64,000 nucleotides of DNA from Octopus sinensis (lineage: Eukaryota): NCBI RefSeq assembly GCF_006345805.1, contig NC_043013.1, forward strand, positions 24,242,001-24,306,000, read 5' to 3'. Both the position numbers and the translations under genes were made by a program. A model generated the notes under the pieces. It made no database searches and was not told the origin of the DNA. It saw nothing but the letters and a program-made list of their open reading frames with translations. Below are positions 38,232 through 51,047 of this stretch, in pieces (position 1 is the stretch's first letter; each line of letters starts with the position of its first letter).

Positions 38232-39735
38232 GGTTAATATAGGGCGTAACAAATATCAGAAAATCAAAAAAAAAATGTGTGTAATAGGTGTAAAACAACT
38301 TGCTCTAAACGAATATGACAAAAAAAAATGCGCTCTCGCGAAAGAGGGGTGGGGGAGAGGCCTCGGAATATTTATATCGGGAATTTCCGAAAGCGTCTGA
38401 ACCGGGCACAAAAACAAAAACAAAAACAGCGTAATAGGTGTAAAACAACTTGCTCTAAACGACTATCATGAAAAAAATGCGAGCTCGCGAAAGGGGGGTG
38501 GGGGAGAGGCTTCGGAAATTTCACATCTTCAGTCCACGGCCTTTAAACTAAGAAAAAATAGTGTAATTGGTGTAAAACTACTTGTTCTAAACGAGTATCA
38601 AGAACACACACTCACACATGAATCATAAACTCCGTATTTCGCAAAAAAAAAAAAATAAAGAGAATTTATTATCTTTATAATTTGCATATTTGACTTATTA
38701 ATCAAAATTCTCTAGATGTAATATATACTAAGTAATGCATCCTTCATTTATGTGTTCCGTTCTGTATTATGCATGCGTGACTGTTTGTATGTAAGTGTGT
38801 TTAACTGTGCACATGAATGTGAATATTAAAGAACATATTTATTTACTATGATTGTTATTTTCAGAACAAATAAATCTTTTGGCTGTTATGTTATTGATGT
38901 TATTATTATTGCTAGTTAAAGGGTGGTGACTTGACTGAATATTTTGAGTCTTGTAGTATGTAGTTGTGTTAGTCAATATTCTGAGTTCAAATCCAACTCA
39001 TTTCTTTATCATCATTATCGATGGACCACTCAAAGAGGTATGTATACATTATCATTTTCGTAACATAATTTCTGTAGTATTTCAAGATGTTTCTGACACG
39101 TATTTTGATTCACATGGCGGAGATCCAACATTTCTTCACTTTTTCCAGAATTTCTTCTCTTTATTTTTTTTTTTTGCGAAATACGGAGTTTATGATTCAT
39201 GTGTGAGTGTGTGTTCTTGATACTCGTTTAGAACAAGTAGTTTTACACCAATTACACTATTTTTTCTTAGTTTAAAGGCCGTGGACTGAAGATGTGAAAT
39301 TTCCGAAGCCTCTCCCCCACCCCCCTTTCGCGAGCGCGCATTTTTTTCATGATAGTCGTTTAGAGCAAGTTGTTTTACACCTATTACGCTTTTTGTTTTT
39401 GTGCCCGGTTCAGACGCTTTCGGAAATTCCCGATATAAATATTCCGAGGCCTCTCCCCCACCCCTCTTTCGCGAGAGCGCATTTTTTTTTTCATATTCGT
39501 TTAGAGCAAGTTGTTTTACACATATTACACTATTTTTTTTTTTTGTTTTGGTGCCCGGGTCAGCCCCTCAGACGCTTTCGGAACTTCCCGATGTGAATTT
39601 TCCGAGGCCTCTCCCCCACCCCCCTTTCGCGTGCGCGAATTTTTTTTTTCATATTCGTTCATAGGAAGTTGTTTTACACCAATTACACACATTTTTTTTT
39701 TGATTTTCTGATATTTGTTACGCCCTATATTAACC
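38232..39735. mobile_element. Foldback element with 430-575-bp inverted arms built from subrepeats (CENP-A intron)
   Basis: 38232-38660 is the reverse complement of 39160-39735. Repeated GTAATAGGTGTAAAACAACTTG...GGGGTGGGGGAGAGGC modules. No clear TSD. Confidence 0.88.
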
Positions 39736-40087
39736 TATATTTCCTACATGTACCAACATCGCAGCAATACCGCCATATATTGTATATTCTGCGTGGTGCC
39801 ACCTATTTCATAGAACTCCTCATTCTTAAACAACTCTTTAAAGATTGAATTTTCTCCAGAGTAGTACCGTCATTTCCTTGGAAGTCTGTTCTGAAACAAG
39901 AAAGCTAGCTATTTGAGCCCATTCTGACATTGGGATCTTTCGTTTCTTGTACGTATATTGAACTACTGCAAAGTGAAATGAAAACGATTTCCAGATCATG
40001 ACACGGTAAACCACAGTCTTCCTTATGAGACAACATTGTAGTATTTTATATGAGCACAACTAAAGGGGCACAAAGTTTCATCTAAAG

Positions 40088-40725
40088 CAGTAGTTCTCAA
40101 CTAAGGTGCACATGGCCCCTTGAGGGTCCATTAGGTTTTTAATGGGGATCCACGCAACAAAATAATAAATTGGGGATCCACTATAGTATTTTAAGAACCC
40201 CCGAAAAGATTTTGCTCTAGATGGCACATAAAAAGCACCATCCAAATGTGGTTGATGCCAGTGTCCCTGACTAGCTCCCTGTGCCGGTGGCACATAAAAA
40301 GCACCATCCAAACGTGGTTGATGCCAGGACCGCCTGACTTGCCCCCGTGCCGGTGGCATGTAAAAAGCACCCACTACACTCTCAGAGTGGTTGCCTGTTC
40401 AGATTGGAGCCCGGTGCAGCCGCTGGCTCTCCAGACCCCTTTCAAACCGTCCAACCCATGCCAGCATGGAAAACGGACGTTAAACGATGATGATGATGAT
40501 GTATATATTGGTATTATTTAAAAAAAAAACCCCAAAACAGTGAGATTTCTTTCTCTAACACTTTAAATAGTTCAACCTCCATAAATTAATGTGTGAAAAA
40601 CAAAATAGGAATTCGAAAGAAGCTTTTATAAAGCTAGTTTTCAAACATCAAGGGGCTACAAGGGTTCACCAGAATAATAAAGTAATCAAAGGAGTTCATT
40701 GGTAAAAAATGGTTGAGAGCACTTG
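40088..40725. mobile_element. hAT (Charlie-like) MITE with a nested RTE-tail insertion
   Basis: CAGTAGTTCTCAAC...GTTGAGAGCACTTG; 8-bp TSD ATCTAAAG / ATCTGAAG. Confidence 0.75.
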
Positions 40726-42812
40726 ATCTGAAGGAAATATTGTGCCACATATAGAACTGAAACAATCTTTTCTTCATTCACAAGGGTTTACGTGGCGACA
40801 AATCTAAGTTTTCATACAGTTTCTCAAATACTTCAAACATTACTATGTAATGGCTAAGATTCCTTTCTCTTATAGGCACAAGGCGTGACATTGGGTGTGG
40901 TGGTGGTGGTGGCTAGTCGATTAAATCGATCACAGTGCTTGACTGGTACTTATTTTAGTGGCCCCAAAAGGCTGAAAGCCAGAGTCGATCTCGTGCCGAC
41001 TCGCTGCCTTTGTAATGCCTAATAGTAATAATTATTATTGTTTTCGTTTTCATTCATTCCACTGCTTTTCATTTTGTTGTCTGCTATTTTATTTACAAAC
41101 AAGGAAAAATCGCCCTTGTCTCTGTTTTTATTATTAAAGTTAAGCTTTTCCCTTTTAAAAGACGCATGAGATACCTTTTGAAGTAATTTACTCTTTTTAC
41201 TCTTTTACTTGTTTCAGTCATTTGACTGCGGCCATGCTGGAGCACCGCCTTTAGTCGAGCAAATCGACCCCGGGACTTATTCTTTGTAAGCCCAGTACTT
41301 ATTCTATCGGTCTCTTTTTGCCGAACCGCTAAGTGACGGGGGACGTAAACACACCAGCATCGGTTGTCAAGCAATGCTAGGGGGACAAACACAGGCACAC
41401 AAACACACACACACATATATATATATACATATATACGACAGTCTTCTTTCAGTTTCCGTCTACCAAATCCACTCACAAGGTATTGGTCAGCCCGGGGGCT
41501 ATAGCAGAAGACACTTGCCCAAGATGCCACGCAGTGGGACTGAACCCGGAACCATGTGGTTGGTTAGCAAGCTACTTACCACTCATCCATCGTGTTATCT
41601 TGTGAAATGATGCTATAATTTGTATAATTATCTCGTTCTTTGATTTCTCCCTATAAATAAAACAACAAGAAACCTGTTTTTCTTCTTGTCCATTCAGAGT
41701 GATAATTAAGAATCCTAATATCACCTATTCCTTGGCCCTTACGTGCGCTTTTCGACCTCCTGGAACCAAGTCTGCCATCACTCTCCATAGGAATCATTTT
41801 AAGACTGTCGCCACATTTTCACTGATATTTCTCTCCCAACATTTGAGACCCCTCTCAAGTTTCTTTCTAACAAATTTAACTCCTTCATTGAATATCAATC
41901 TGAAATGTAAACAACGAAATCTTTTGACGACAGAAATTGCAGTTCAAGGGAGCTAACTTTTACTGTTCAAGTTTAATGACATCCTATCAAAAAAATACTT
42001 CTCGCTTTCAGTTTTCGTTCTGTTCCCTTAATTGCGGATGGGTTTTATTTTTATGAGGAATGGGAAAATATGTTTACAGTATTCTTGGTCAGTCTATATT
42101 TTATCTGCGTGGTACCACCTATTTCATAGTACTCCCGGTTGAGAATCTGTTTATGTAAAAAAAAAAAAAGAAAAGGTAAAACAGGACCAGATGTTCGGAA
42201 TGCTTGAAATAGCATTCAGATCTTCTACATATTACACATTCAATATATATCATTATCATTTAACGTCCGCTTTCCATGCTGGTATGGGTTAGACGGTTCG
42301 ACTAGAACTGGTAAGCCAGAGAGCTGCACCAGGTTCCATTCTGATTTGCTAAAGATTCTATGGCTTGATGCCCTTCCGAATGCCAACCACTCTGAGAGTA
42401 TTGTGAGTGTTTTTTTACGTGCCACCAGCACTAGTGCCATTTACATGTCGATGGCAACGGCCCTGACTATAATCTCACTCGGCTTCACTAATCTTTTCAA
42501 GAACAACATATCGCCAACGGTCTCAGTCACTTGTCATTGACCCTGTCAGGCCCAACCTTCAAAGATCATGCTACTGGCAATGGTCATGATTATGAGTTCA
42601 TGGGTGCCATTCATGTGATACTGGCAACCGCCACAACTACCATTTCACTTATATATATATATATATAATGGCTGATGTGGTTCTATATATATATATACTG
42701 TTTAAAAAACTGATAGGTTGGTCTTCAACATGACCAAAGATAACTTGAGACTAAACAGCAGCAAACCCCTTTGAAATTCATTTTTTTAACTGAGTAAGTA
42801 AGTTTATGTAAT

Positions 42813-42845
<33 letters not shown>

Positions 42846-43231
42846 ATACATACATACACACAATTGCTTTAATGCCAACATTTTTAGCACACATTCATAC
42901 AAATAGTATATCCTATTCTTAGATCCTGTTAAATTATTTTCCCAAAAGACAAGAAGTTTAAAAAAATTTTTCTTGTTTGAATCAAATCTGAAAAATTGTT
43001 TCTTGCTTCATTGTTGTTAGAAGTTCAACTAAATATCAAAATATTTATCAGTAGATTCATTCTTATCATTTAATGTTCCCTTACCTGTTGGCATGGTTTG
43101 GACATTGGGATTAGTTAATTTTTCGCCTATCATTTTCATTGTCTTTAATAGTTTTAAAAACTAATTATTGTACAATAATCATTGCCTGAATACTTAATAT
43201 TGTTTTCTTTTTCTTTTTCTTTTCTTTGTAG

Positions 43232-43474
43232 AAATCTTGCAATCTGTTAATTCAGAAAACACCTTTCATGCGGCTTGTGAGAGAAATTGGCTCCTATTTT
43301 ATGGCAGACATTCGCTGGCAAAGTGTTGCCCTATTGGCATTACAAGAAGCATCAGAAGCGTATCTAGTGTCTCTCCTCTCAGACTCTTATCTCTGTACTT
43401 TACATGCAAAACGAGTCACACTTTTTCCAACCGATATTAGACTTGCTTTAAAATTAAGAAATGGTGATATATAA
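43232..43474 (+). CDS. CENPA: CENP-A/CenH3-like exon 2, histone fold ([80 protein letters not shown])
   Basis: Long polypyrimidine tract plus TAG acceptor. H3 fold with the CenH3-type substitutions Q68>M, F84>W and T107>S. Intron-containing; no histone stem-loop seen. Confidence 0.87.
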   Translation, partial: KSCNLLIQKTPFMRLVREIGSYFMADIRWQSVALLALQEASEAYLVSLLSDSYLCTLHAKRVTLFPTDIRLALKLRNGDI

Positions 43475-46039
43475 ATCAAAGAAATGGTGATACATAAATC
43501 AAACTGTTTTTCTTGTCATGTGAATACCATTTGTGTCATGGATTTCTTTTGAACATATTTGAAAAAGAAAAATATACACACTGCACTAACCATGTAGTAG
43601 CAAGAAAAAAAATTGCTTTTAAAAGGGGCCTTAGGGAGTCAATATTTGAGAATTCTAATTTTAAAAGTAGCCAAATGTGAATGCACAAGAGACATTTGTT
43701 TTAAGCCTCTCTTGGCCAGTTTGTGTTTTGAGTGTAACTATTTTTTGAAGTCTTTAGTTACAAATGTAAAAAGTAACGTGAGTCTATGGGTTGTGACAAG
43801 AAATAACTAACAAAGGAGGGCCTTGAATGAAGTGTTTGGTATTTCTTCTCCATTCATAAGAATTTTTAATTTCTTGCTCTTTAAGTTGATCCTTGACGTT
43901 GACCACTTCTAGGTATCCATTTTAATGTTTGGAAACCTGGTATAATTGCTGTTTGTTATTCTGTGACTCTGTATTGGTGTCTGACAAAGTTTACTTCACA
44001 TGCAAAATGAAATATTCTTCCTTGATAAAAAAAGTTCACCCATTGCGCTTTCTTTGTAAAATCTCATCTTGAAGGAGGTTTGTGACAATTGCTAGTGCTG
44101 GACAAAATGTCTGGCAATAATTTATCTCTTTTTTCATGACCTTTGATATTCTGGGATCAAATCCTGCTGGAGTTGGCTTTATCTCTGTGGGACTGATAAG
44201 ATAAGTATCAGTAGTATATGTGAAGTTGATTCAAGCAAGTGTACTCCTTCCTCCTCTAAATTCCTTGCTACAAACAAATGGAAAATTTTGTTACTATATT
44301 ATTTTTGTAAATATTTTATTTTTTTAATCTTAAAAAATATTTTCTCTATATTTCTATATCTTTACATGATAAAAAATAATTCCATGTGCAACTTTGGTAA
44401 TTGGATTTAATCAGTGTTTTAGCTTTCTATTATTCCTTCAGTGTATCTTGTCCTTTTTCTTTTTTAAATAACATTTCTCAGCTTAGAAACATGAAAAACA
44501 TAGGGGTAGGAATGGCTGTGTGGTAAGTAGTTTGCTTACGAACCACATGGTTCCGGATTCAGTCCCACTGCGTGTCACCTCGGGCAAGTGTCTTCTATAG
44601 CCTCGGGCTGACCAAATCCTTGTGAGTGGATTTGGTAGACAGAAACTGAAAGAAGCTCGTCGTATATATGTATGTGTGTATATATGTTTGTGTGTTTGTG
44701 TTTGTTTCCCCAACATCACTTGACAACTGATGCTGGTGTGTTTACATCCCTGTAACTTAGCGGTTCGGCAAGAGAGACTGATAGAAGAAGTACTAGGCTT
44801 ACAAAGAATAAGTCCTGGGGTCGATTTGCTTGACTAAAGGCGGTGCTCCAGCATGGCCACAGTCAAATGACTGGAACAAGTAAAAGAGTATGAATTGTGT
44901 GTAGCTGTGCATATATATAATTTTTGTTGTATTCCAAACATTAGTTATATTTTCTTCAATATTTAAGGAAAGAAATTATTTCAACAGTTTGTGTTCAATA
45001 TAGAAAATGTCTATTAATTATCATTATTTCATTGTAAATATTTACAGATTATTATATTTTAATACTTTTGTCAGTGTTGTTTAATTAGTTCTAATTTCCA
45101 GCCCAAAAAAACAACAAAAAACAAATGTAACCCCCCCCCCCCAAACCTATAAATATCTGCTGATTATTTTTCTAGTTGCATTTTACTTGTAAATGTAATG
45201 TCTTATAAATGAGAAAAGGATGTTTGATCTCATATTGTGAATCGTCTTTGAAAATAAATTGAAATCAAAACATATGACTTGATCGAATGTTTTCAATTTT
45301 GATAAACTCAAATGAGTTTATGTTTATAGTTTGTACTAAATCACTGCTAATTAAGTGAGTCTGTCCTTGAGGGGTTGAATGAAACCATGCTTGCTTAAAG
45401 CATGCTATTGAGTTGAAAGGGTTCAAGAGTCTGTTGACAATTAGGGCTCAGTCTTGTTTTGCCTTGAAAATTTCTTTTTATTTCTTGATCAACCGTTTGA
45501 ATACTTTGAACTTGTCATCATCATCATCATCATCATTGTTTAACGGCCACTTTCCATGCTAGCATGAGTTGGACGATTTTGACTGAGGGCTGGCGAACCA
45601 GATGACTGCACCATGTTTTGTAAGCTACATCGAAAGAAAAAACTTCTTTTCTCTTATTGAGAATCTCATCATTGTAACAGAGAAAATTTCAAATTTTATT
45701 TATTTATTTATTGCATTCAGGTAATTTTATAATGATCATCTGCAAACCATTGATGCCTTGACGTTTTGTAAGTTTCATCCGCTGCACCACTTGTGGTCTC
45801 CTTTTGAGAATAATAGCAGACAATGTTATTGATATCCAAAAAAATGCTTTTCATTGAATGTAGACTGGGAAAAGTTGATCCAACGCTTTCACTCTTTGCT
45901 ATATTCATATTTTTCTCATTCAGAAAGTAAAATCTTCTTTTGTTTTGGTCATTGATTACTTAAATAACTGATTAATTTTTTAAATTTAAAATTGTCTCCT
46001 GTTTAGGTGAAAATCAATTTAGTACCTCCAAGAATCTCC

Positions 46040-46660
46040 CTGGCCATTTGAAGAAATCTGTTTTGTGTACATTTTTAATGTTTATTGCACATTTACCACA
46101 CACCGACACTACTTTCTCTATTAGTCTTCCCCTGATTCCATTGCACCTCTTGTGTTCTTAGGGTTTTCTACCTACACCGTTTCTATATATTGAGCAGGGC
46201 CTTTTCCCTGGTGGGATTTGTTTCCTTTTCTGGTTACTAGTACTTTAGCCTTTGCTAAATTAACTGTGAGCCCCTTAAGTTCTGATGGAGATTCAGCTAT
46301 ATGAACAAGGTCTTTGGCATGGAGGAGCCCCCAAGGGTATCCAATCTTAGATTCCTCCTGGCCAATTGCCTGGAAGTCTATGATAAACAAGAAGTGGCTA
46401 AGAACTGATCCTTGGTAAACTCTTACCTGCACACTAAATTCATTGACTTTCATCTTACTGACAGCCTCTCTATAATTGGCTTGAATGAGTCTCACTTACC
46501 CCTAGCTTCTGCATCAGTTACCAGATGATTGAGGGAGGGACCCTGCCAAAAGCCTTCTCCATTTTGACAAATGCCAAGCACAGTGGTTTATTTTTCACTA
46601 AATGCCTTACTAGGAAAATAGCATCAGTAGTGCTTCTCCCTGGCACAAAACCAAACAAAA
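46040..46660 (-). mobile_element. RTE LINE RT remnant
   Basis: VQVRVYQGSVLSHFLFII...YPWGLLHAKDL on the minus strand. Confidence 0.8.
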
Positions 46661-48255
46661 AATTTATATTCAACCAGGTGAACCCTGATTGAACAGAACT
46701 GAAGACATTCCAGTTATGACCATCTAGTTTTTTTTTTTATGATAGGTGTAGTGAGTCTAGGAATGTATCCTCTTTTTCTTTTAAATTGAAAGGAATATTT
46801 TGCTGCAGCCATGGTTGTAATGTTTGTGGATTATTGAACTTTTTATTATATAAATGTACAAATTTCACTCCCACTGCCCAATAAAAAGTTATTTTTAATG
46901 CAAATATATAAGTACAAGAAGGTAATAAAAACAATGAAGAATTTAGTGGTTTGTCCAGAACAATTTTGCAATTTTTTTTCTTATTTTGAAAATACTGGCG
47001 ATCTCTCTAATTTTCTCTCTGAACTTTACAACTTGACCCTTTTTAAGATGTCTCTCTCTACCTTTTCTCCTTCCATATTCAGATTTCCCTTTCTATAAAT
47101 ATTTTGCCCAGTTTTTTCCTCATTACTGTCTCCCTATTGCTTCCTAGACATCACTCTCTCTCATTTATCACACTCTTTGTCACAATATTTCCAGATCCAG
47201 ATTTTTTCATTTGCAAAATATGCATTTTTTAAAAGACAGTAAAAGATCTGAAAATTGGCTATAATAATAAAGTTTTCCAGTCTAATTGCTATGACAGTAT
47301 GATGTTGTGGAGAGAAAAAATTGAAGGAAAAAGTGACAGAGGTTTCAAAATCAAAAAATTGTGTATAGCCAATAGCGAGACAAATTTTCTGTGTTTAGCA
47401 GAGCGGTGTCAATTTTAAGGTTTAAACCTCAAACTTTAAACCTCTATAATATTTTTCTAAAATTTTTCAGGAATAATTGAATTCAGATTCAGTGTGAAAA
47501 AGTACATCAATATAACAAATTTTAAAAAAAAATTTCATTCAGTTTAAAAATTTCAAATTGTGACGGCAACTGGGATCTATTTGTCTATCACTTTCGGTTT
47601 TTGCTTTTCTCAAAGTAAACTTTCTCCCCCTCTCCCCCCTCTCTCTCTCCCCTCTCTCTTATGAAAACTTAAAAAAGATTCACTATTGGTTTAAAATTGT
47701 TTCATTTTTGGTTTTGAAAAGTGAGGATTGTAATAGTGATCGCCGATCTCCAATTTTCGTTTTTCCTTTTTTTTTTTTTAACCTTTTAGGCTTCTCCCAT
47801 CATTTTTAAGTGTGTAGGGCAAAAACAAACAAAAAAGCCTAGCAAAATCGGTAGTGAGTGAGGGAGGGGTTTAAAAACAATCATTAATTTCAATTTTTTT
47901 TTTTTTTTCACCTAAATGGACGTCTCATTGTTTTTAAGTGTGTAGGGCAAAAATAAAAAAGTGGACAAAATCGGTCGGGAAGAGGGAAGAGAGTGGAGTT
48001 CATAAACTTTCAAAAATTTCTTTCCATAAAAAGCTTTCCAATCCCATCATTTGCAAGGGCGTGGTGGAAACAGTTTGAAAAATTTCCGTCAAAACAAGAA
48101 ATCCAACTTAGGTGGGTGTTTTATTCCGAAAGTCCGTCAAAGCATTCTATTGTGAAATTGCCCGGCAACTACGGGATACTCGGTATAATCTAAACGATAA
48201 ACCTTTCGTTGGCAATCTACGTTCTAATGTGTATCAAATTTACTCTTACAAGCCC

Positions 48256-48290
<35 letters not shown>

Positions 48291-48294
<4 letters not shown>

Positions 48295-48850
48295 GAAAGA
48301 ATGGAGTCGAACGACGATTTAACAAAATTCCTTTATTCTCAACATATGTTTCGAAGACTGCATATTCCTAATTCCGAAGGAATAAGGGGTGCATTATGCC
48401 GCCTTCTCATCAGGAAAGACAAGGAACTTATATCAGCATCATGACGAACAAAATTTCTTTTAGATGACTGCCCACACGGAGTCCATAGTGATAATGAGTG
48501 TTTCTTTAAAATATTCCGTTATAAGCAGTGACGTCAAAATTGGTTGAATGGAGAAGATTCTAGAAAGTTCAAGAGTTCAAAAAAGGTTGGAAAGGGAGAG
48601 TTCTAAGAATAGGAAGGTGACAGGGTGCAAGTCGTATGTATGGTGATGTGTTGTTGTTTGCTTATGCTAATGAGATTGAGTGCCTATGTGTGTGTATGTA
48701 TATAACTGCATTCGTGTCTACGTGTGTGTGGGGGGATAGATGCCAAATACAACTAGTGGTGAAGTGACAGGTTTGTGTCTGTGTGTTTGATTGTGCTACC
48801 CAGGTATCGGTTAACCGAATTATCCATACTAGGATAATTCATTCAACTAC
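48291..48850 (-). mobile_element. Penelope-like element terminal-repeat fragment between (TA)n tracts
   Basis: Carries the hammerhead with an overlapping AATAAA, ends in (TA)n and has no ORF. Confidence 0.55.
48325..48429 (-). ncRNA. Type I hammerhead ribozyme of Penelope-like-element type
   Basis: Minus strand reads AAGUUCCUUGUCUUUC-CUGAUGA-GAAGGC...GUCUUC-GAAA-CAUAUG-UU-GAGAAUAAAGGAAUUU. Stem I is 4 bp + 3x3 loop + 9 bp, stem II is 6 bp plus extension, stem III is the palindrome ACAUAUGU. Confidence 0.8.
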
Positions 48851-49149
48851 TTATATATATGTATATATATATATACCTCCTCCTCCCCTTCACTTTAAAG
48901 TAATTTTTTCATGATGGTATTGTTGAATAAGTTTGTTTTTACTCTTGCCGTGGTTCTTCGTCCTGACATCAGACTTTACCTCTTTTGTCTTTCTTTTTCG
49001 CAACTTTACACTTTCACCATTTCGCACATTTCATTCCGATTCTATCCTTTTAACTCATCAAATGCCTACATCAGGCATGAAACCCTCTAGAATGGTCAGG
49101 AAAACAATAAAAAAGCAAAAGATTGTCGAGGATTGAATCTCGATGGCCA

Positions 49150-50150
49150 TCTGTTCTTACTAATTTCTCACAGAGCCCATTGCTAACTCTCATTGTGTAG
49201 ACTACATGCGTCTTGCACGACTCTCATATGTCTTTCAACTTTGAGATCATCAGACTTCATGGCTAAGTACAGTAGGGTGTTCTTGTTCTACATCTTGGCA
49301 CAAACCTAACTGTATGGCATCTAAGCTTGTTTTCTCCCCGATAAAGTCGCTAAAAAAATTCTTACTACTCTCATAAATGACTTTCATCCAATTCCTCTTT
49401 AGTCACACCATTCCTTTGCTCTTGAAGCATTTTACGATGCTGACCTACACCAGTCATTCGGTATAACACTTCCCTGGATTACTCAACTGACTCGAAGAGT
49501 CCTACTTCACTGGATATTTTCAACATGGCAGCGGTTATCTCTGGCGAATCTGCTATTTACTCTGCCGTTACCTACTTGATGCCACACTCTTCGTTGTCTA
49601 TTAATGAATCAGAAAAGAAGCAGGTTCCTCACGTGAATCCAGTTGGAGCAATTCCTCTTTTCTCGTCCCATTTTTCTAGTAAAGCAATCGTTCATTGCAG
49701 TGTTTCAGTCAGATTTTAATTTTTAGCTCCAGTAAGAGCAGACGCACGGCCACAATTCTTTTCGCTAACATCAGGATTTAACTAACGCATTGCTTTGTAA
49801 TTTGGAACACTGCCTCTGTGCATAGAACATGAAGAATTTCTTACAAGGCTTCTGTTCTTGCTAGATAGATCTAATTTCTGATTTCTCTTCGAGCTACCTG
49901 ATGTCGTTCCTTACTCGCCCAACCCTCTATTATTTTCAGGTCTGCCTCGTAATGTTTTATGGCTCTCTCTACTGCACTCTTCCATCACCATATCTGCCTG
50001 GCTGGGAATTTGCTCTATTCACTGGTCTATAGTTTGATTTAAGGGCTCTCCCAACTCTCCCGTATGTCACCGTACTCTTGGACGTTACACACGATAGAAG
50101 AATCGTTTAGCTTTTATAACTTCCTTCTCCAGATTGTTTTCTATCTCTGA
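49150..50150 (-). mobile_element. Highly decayed RTE-like LINE remnant
   Basis: Minus-strand PEITAAMLKIS resembles GITAEMLKIS of the 8940 copy. Boundaries are approximate. Confidence 0.45.
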
Positions 50151-50192
50151 AACTATCTAGCTCTTAATCTGGGACCACTAAGCACTAGTTTA

Positions 50193-51047
50193 CAGGGTGT
50201 TCTGGCTAAATTTGATTTTTTTTAATGCCTCCTTTTTCAGGATAGCTTGATGTAATGAGGAACAGTCAACAGCGTTGGAGGACATAAAGGTTAAAGTTGT
50301 AGTTGAGAAAAAGCTGATATGGAGGACTGGGAGCCATCTGAATATTGGATAGAGTTACCTGTATCATGAAGAATCGTGCCGGGTATCAAAATACTGACAT
50401 CATGAGTGATGCTCAGTGTTCTGTAAATTCTATAAAGGCTGTAAAGCGTAACATGGACACATGCAACAGAAAGAAGCAAGCAGGAAGGAACTCAGCAGGC
50501 GCTCTGATTGCGTCTGCATGCCGGACTTCACCCAATAACTGATGAAGGGAGCCTTAGGCTCAATTGGTACGGCTGTGTGAAGCTTCTTGAGACTAGTTAA
50601 TCCTCGGCTGAGGAGAGTTGCTGCTAGAAGGCCATATGTATGGCAGCAGGATTCGGTTCATTGCCATACTTCTGAAAAGAGTCAGAAATTTTCTACAACT
50701 GCTCCGGCTCCTATTTCTAGCCTTGTAATCTCATGGATTACCATGTGTGGGGCGCGGTTGAGAAAGATACCAACCGTTCTGTTTGCAACATAAAGGCCGA
50801 GATGGTGGCCAAGATCAAAGATGTATTCGAAGATCTCAGGAGCAAAGTGAGGAACACATCCGTCAGGTTCTGAAGCCATTTTGAAGCCGTGGTGGAAGTT
50901 GATGGCAGCTACTTTGAGTAAGCTGTTTTCGCTCAGCCATAATTTAGTTGATATTTTTTGATTTTAAAAAAGTATTTCATTTGGATGGGATACCGTGTTT
51001 CCTTTCCTTTTATGTAAACTGTTGCCAAATTTAGCTCGAACATCCTG
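50193..51047 (+). mobile_element. Tc1/mariner remnant
   Basis: TIRs CAGGGTGTTCTGGCTAAATTTG / CAAATTTAGCTCGAACATCCTG; RRPYVWQQDSVHCHTS motif. Confidence 0.82.

Noticed and set aside
36669-43474. Canonical replication-dependent H3 or H3.3
   Set aside because: There is no ARTKQTARKS tail, the fold is far too divergent, and no histone cluster or 3' stem-loop is seen.
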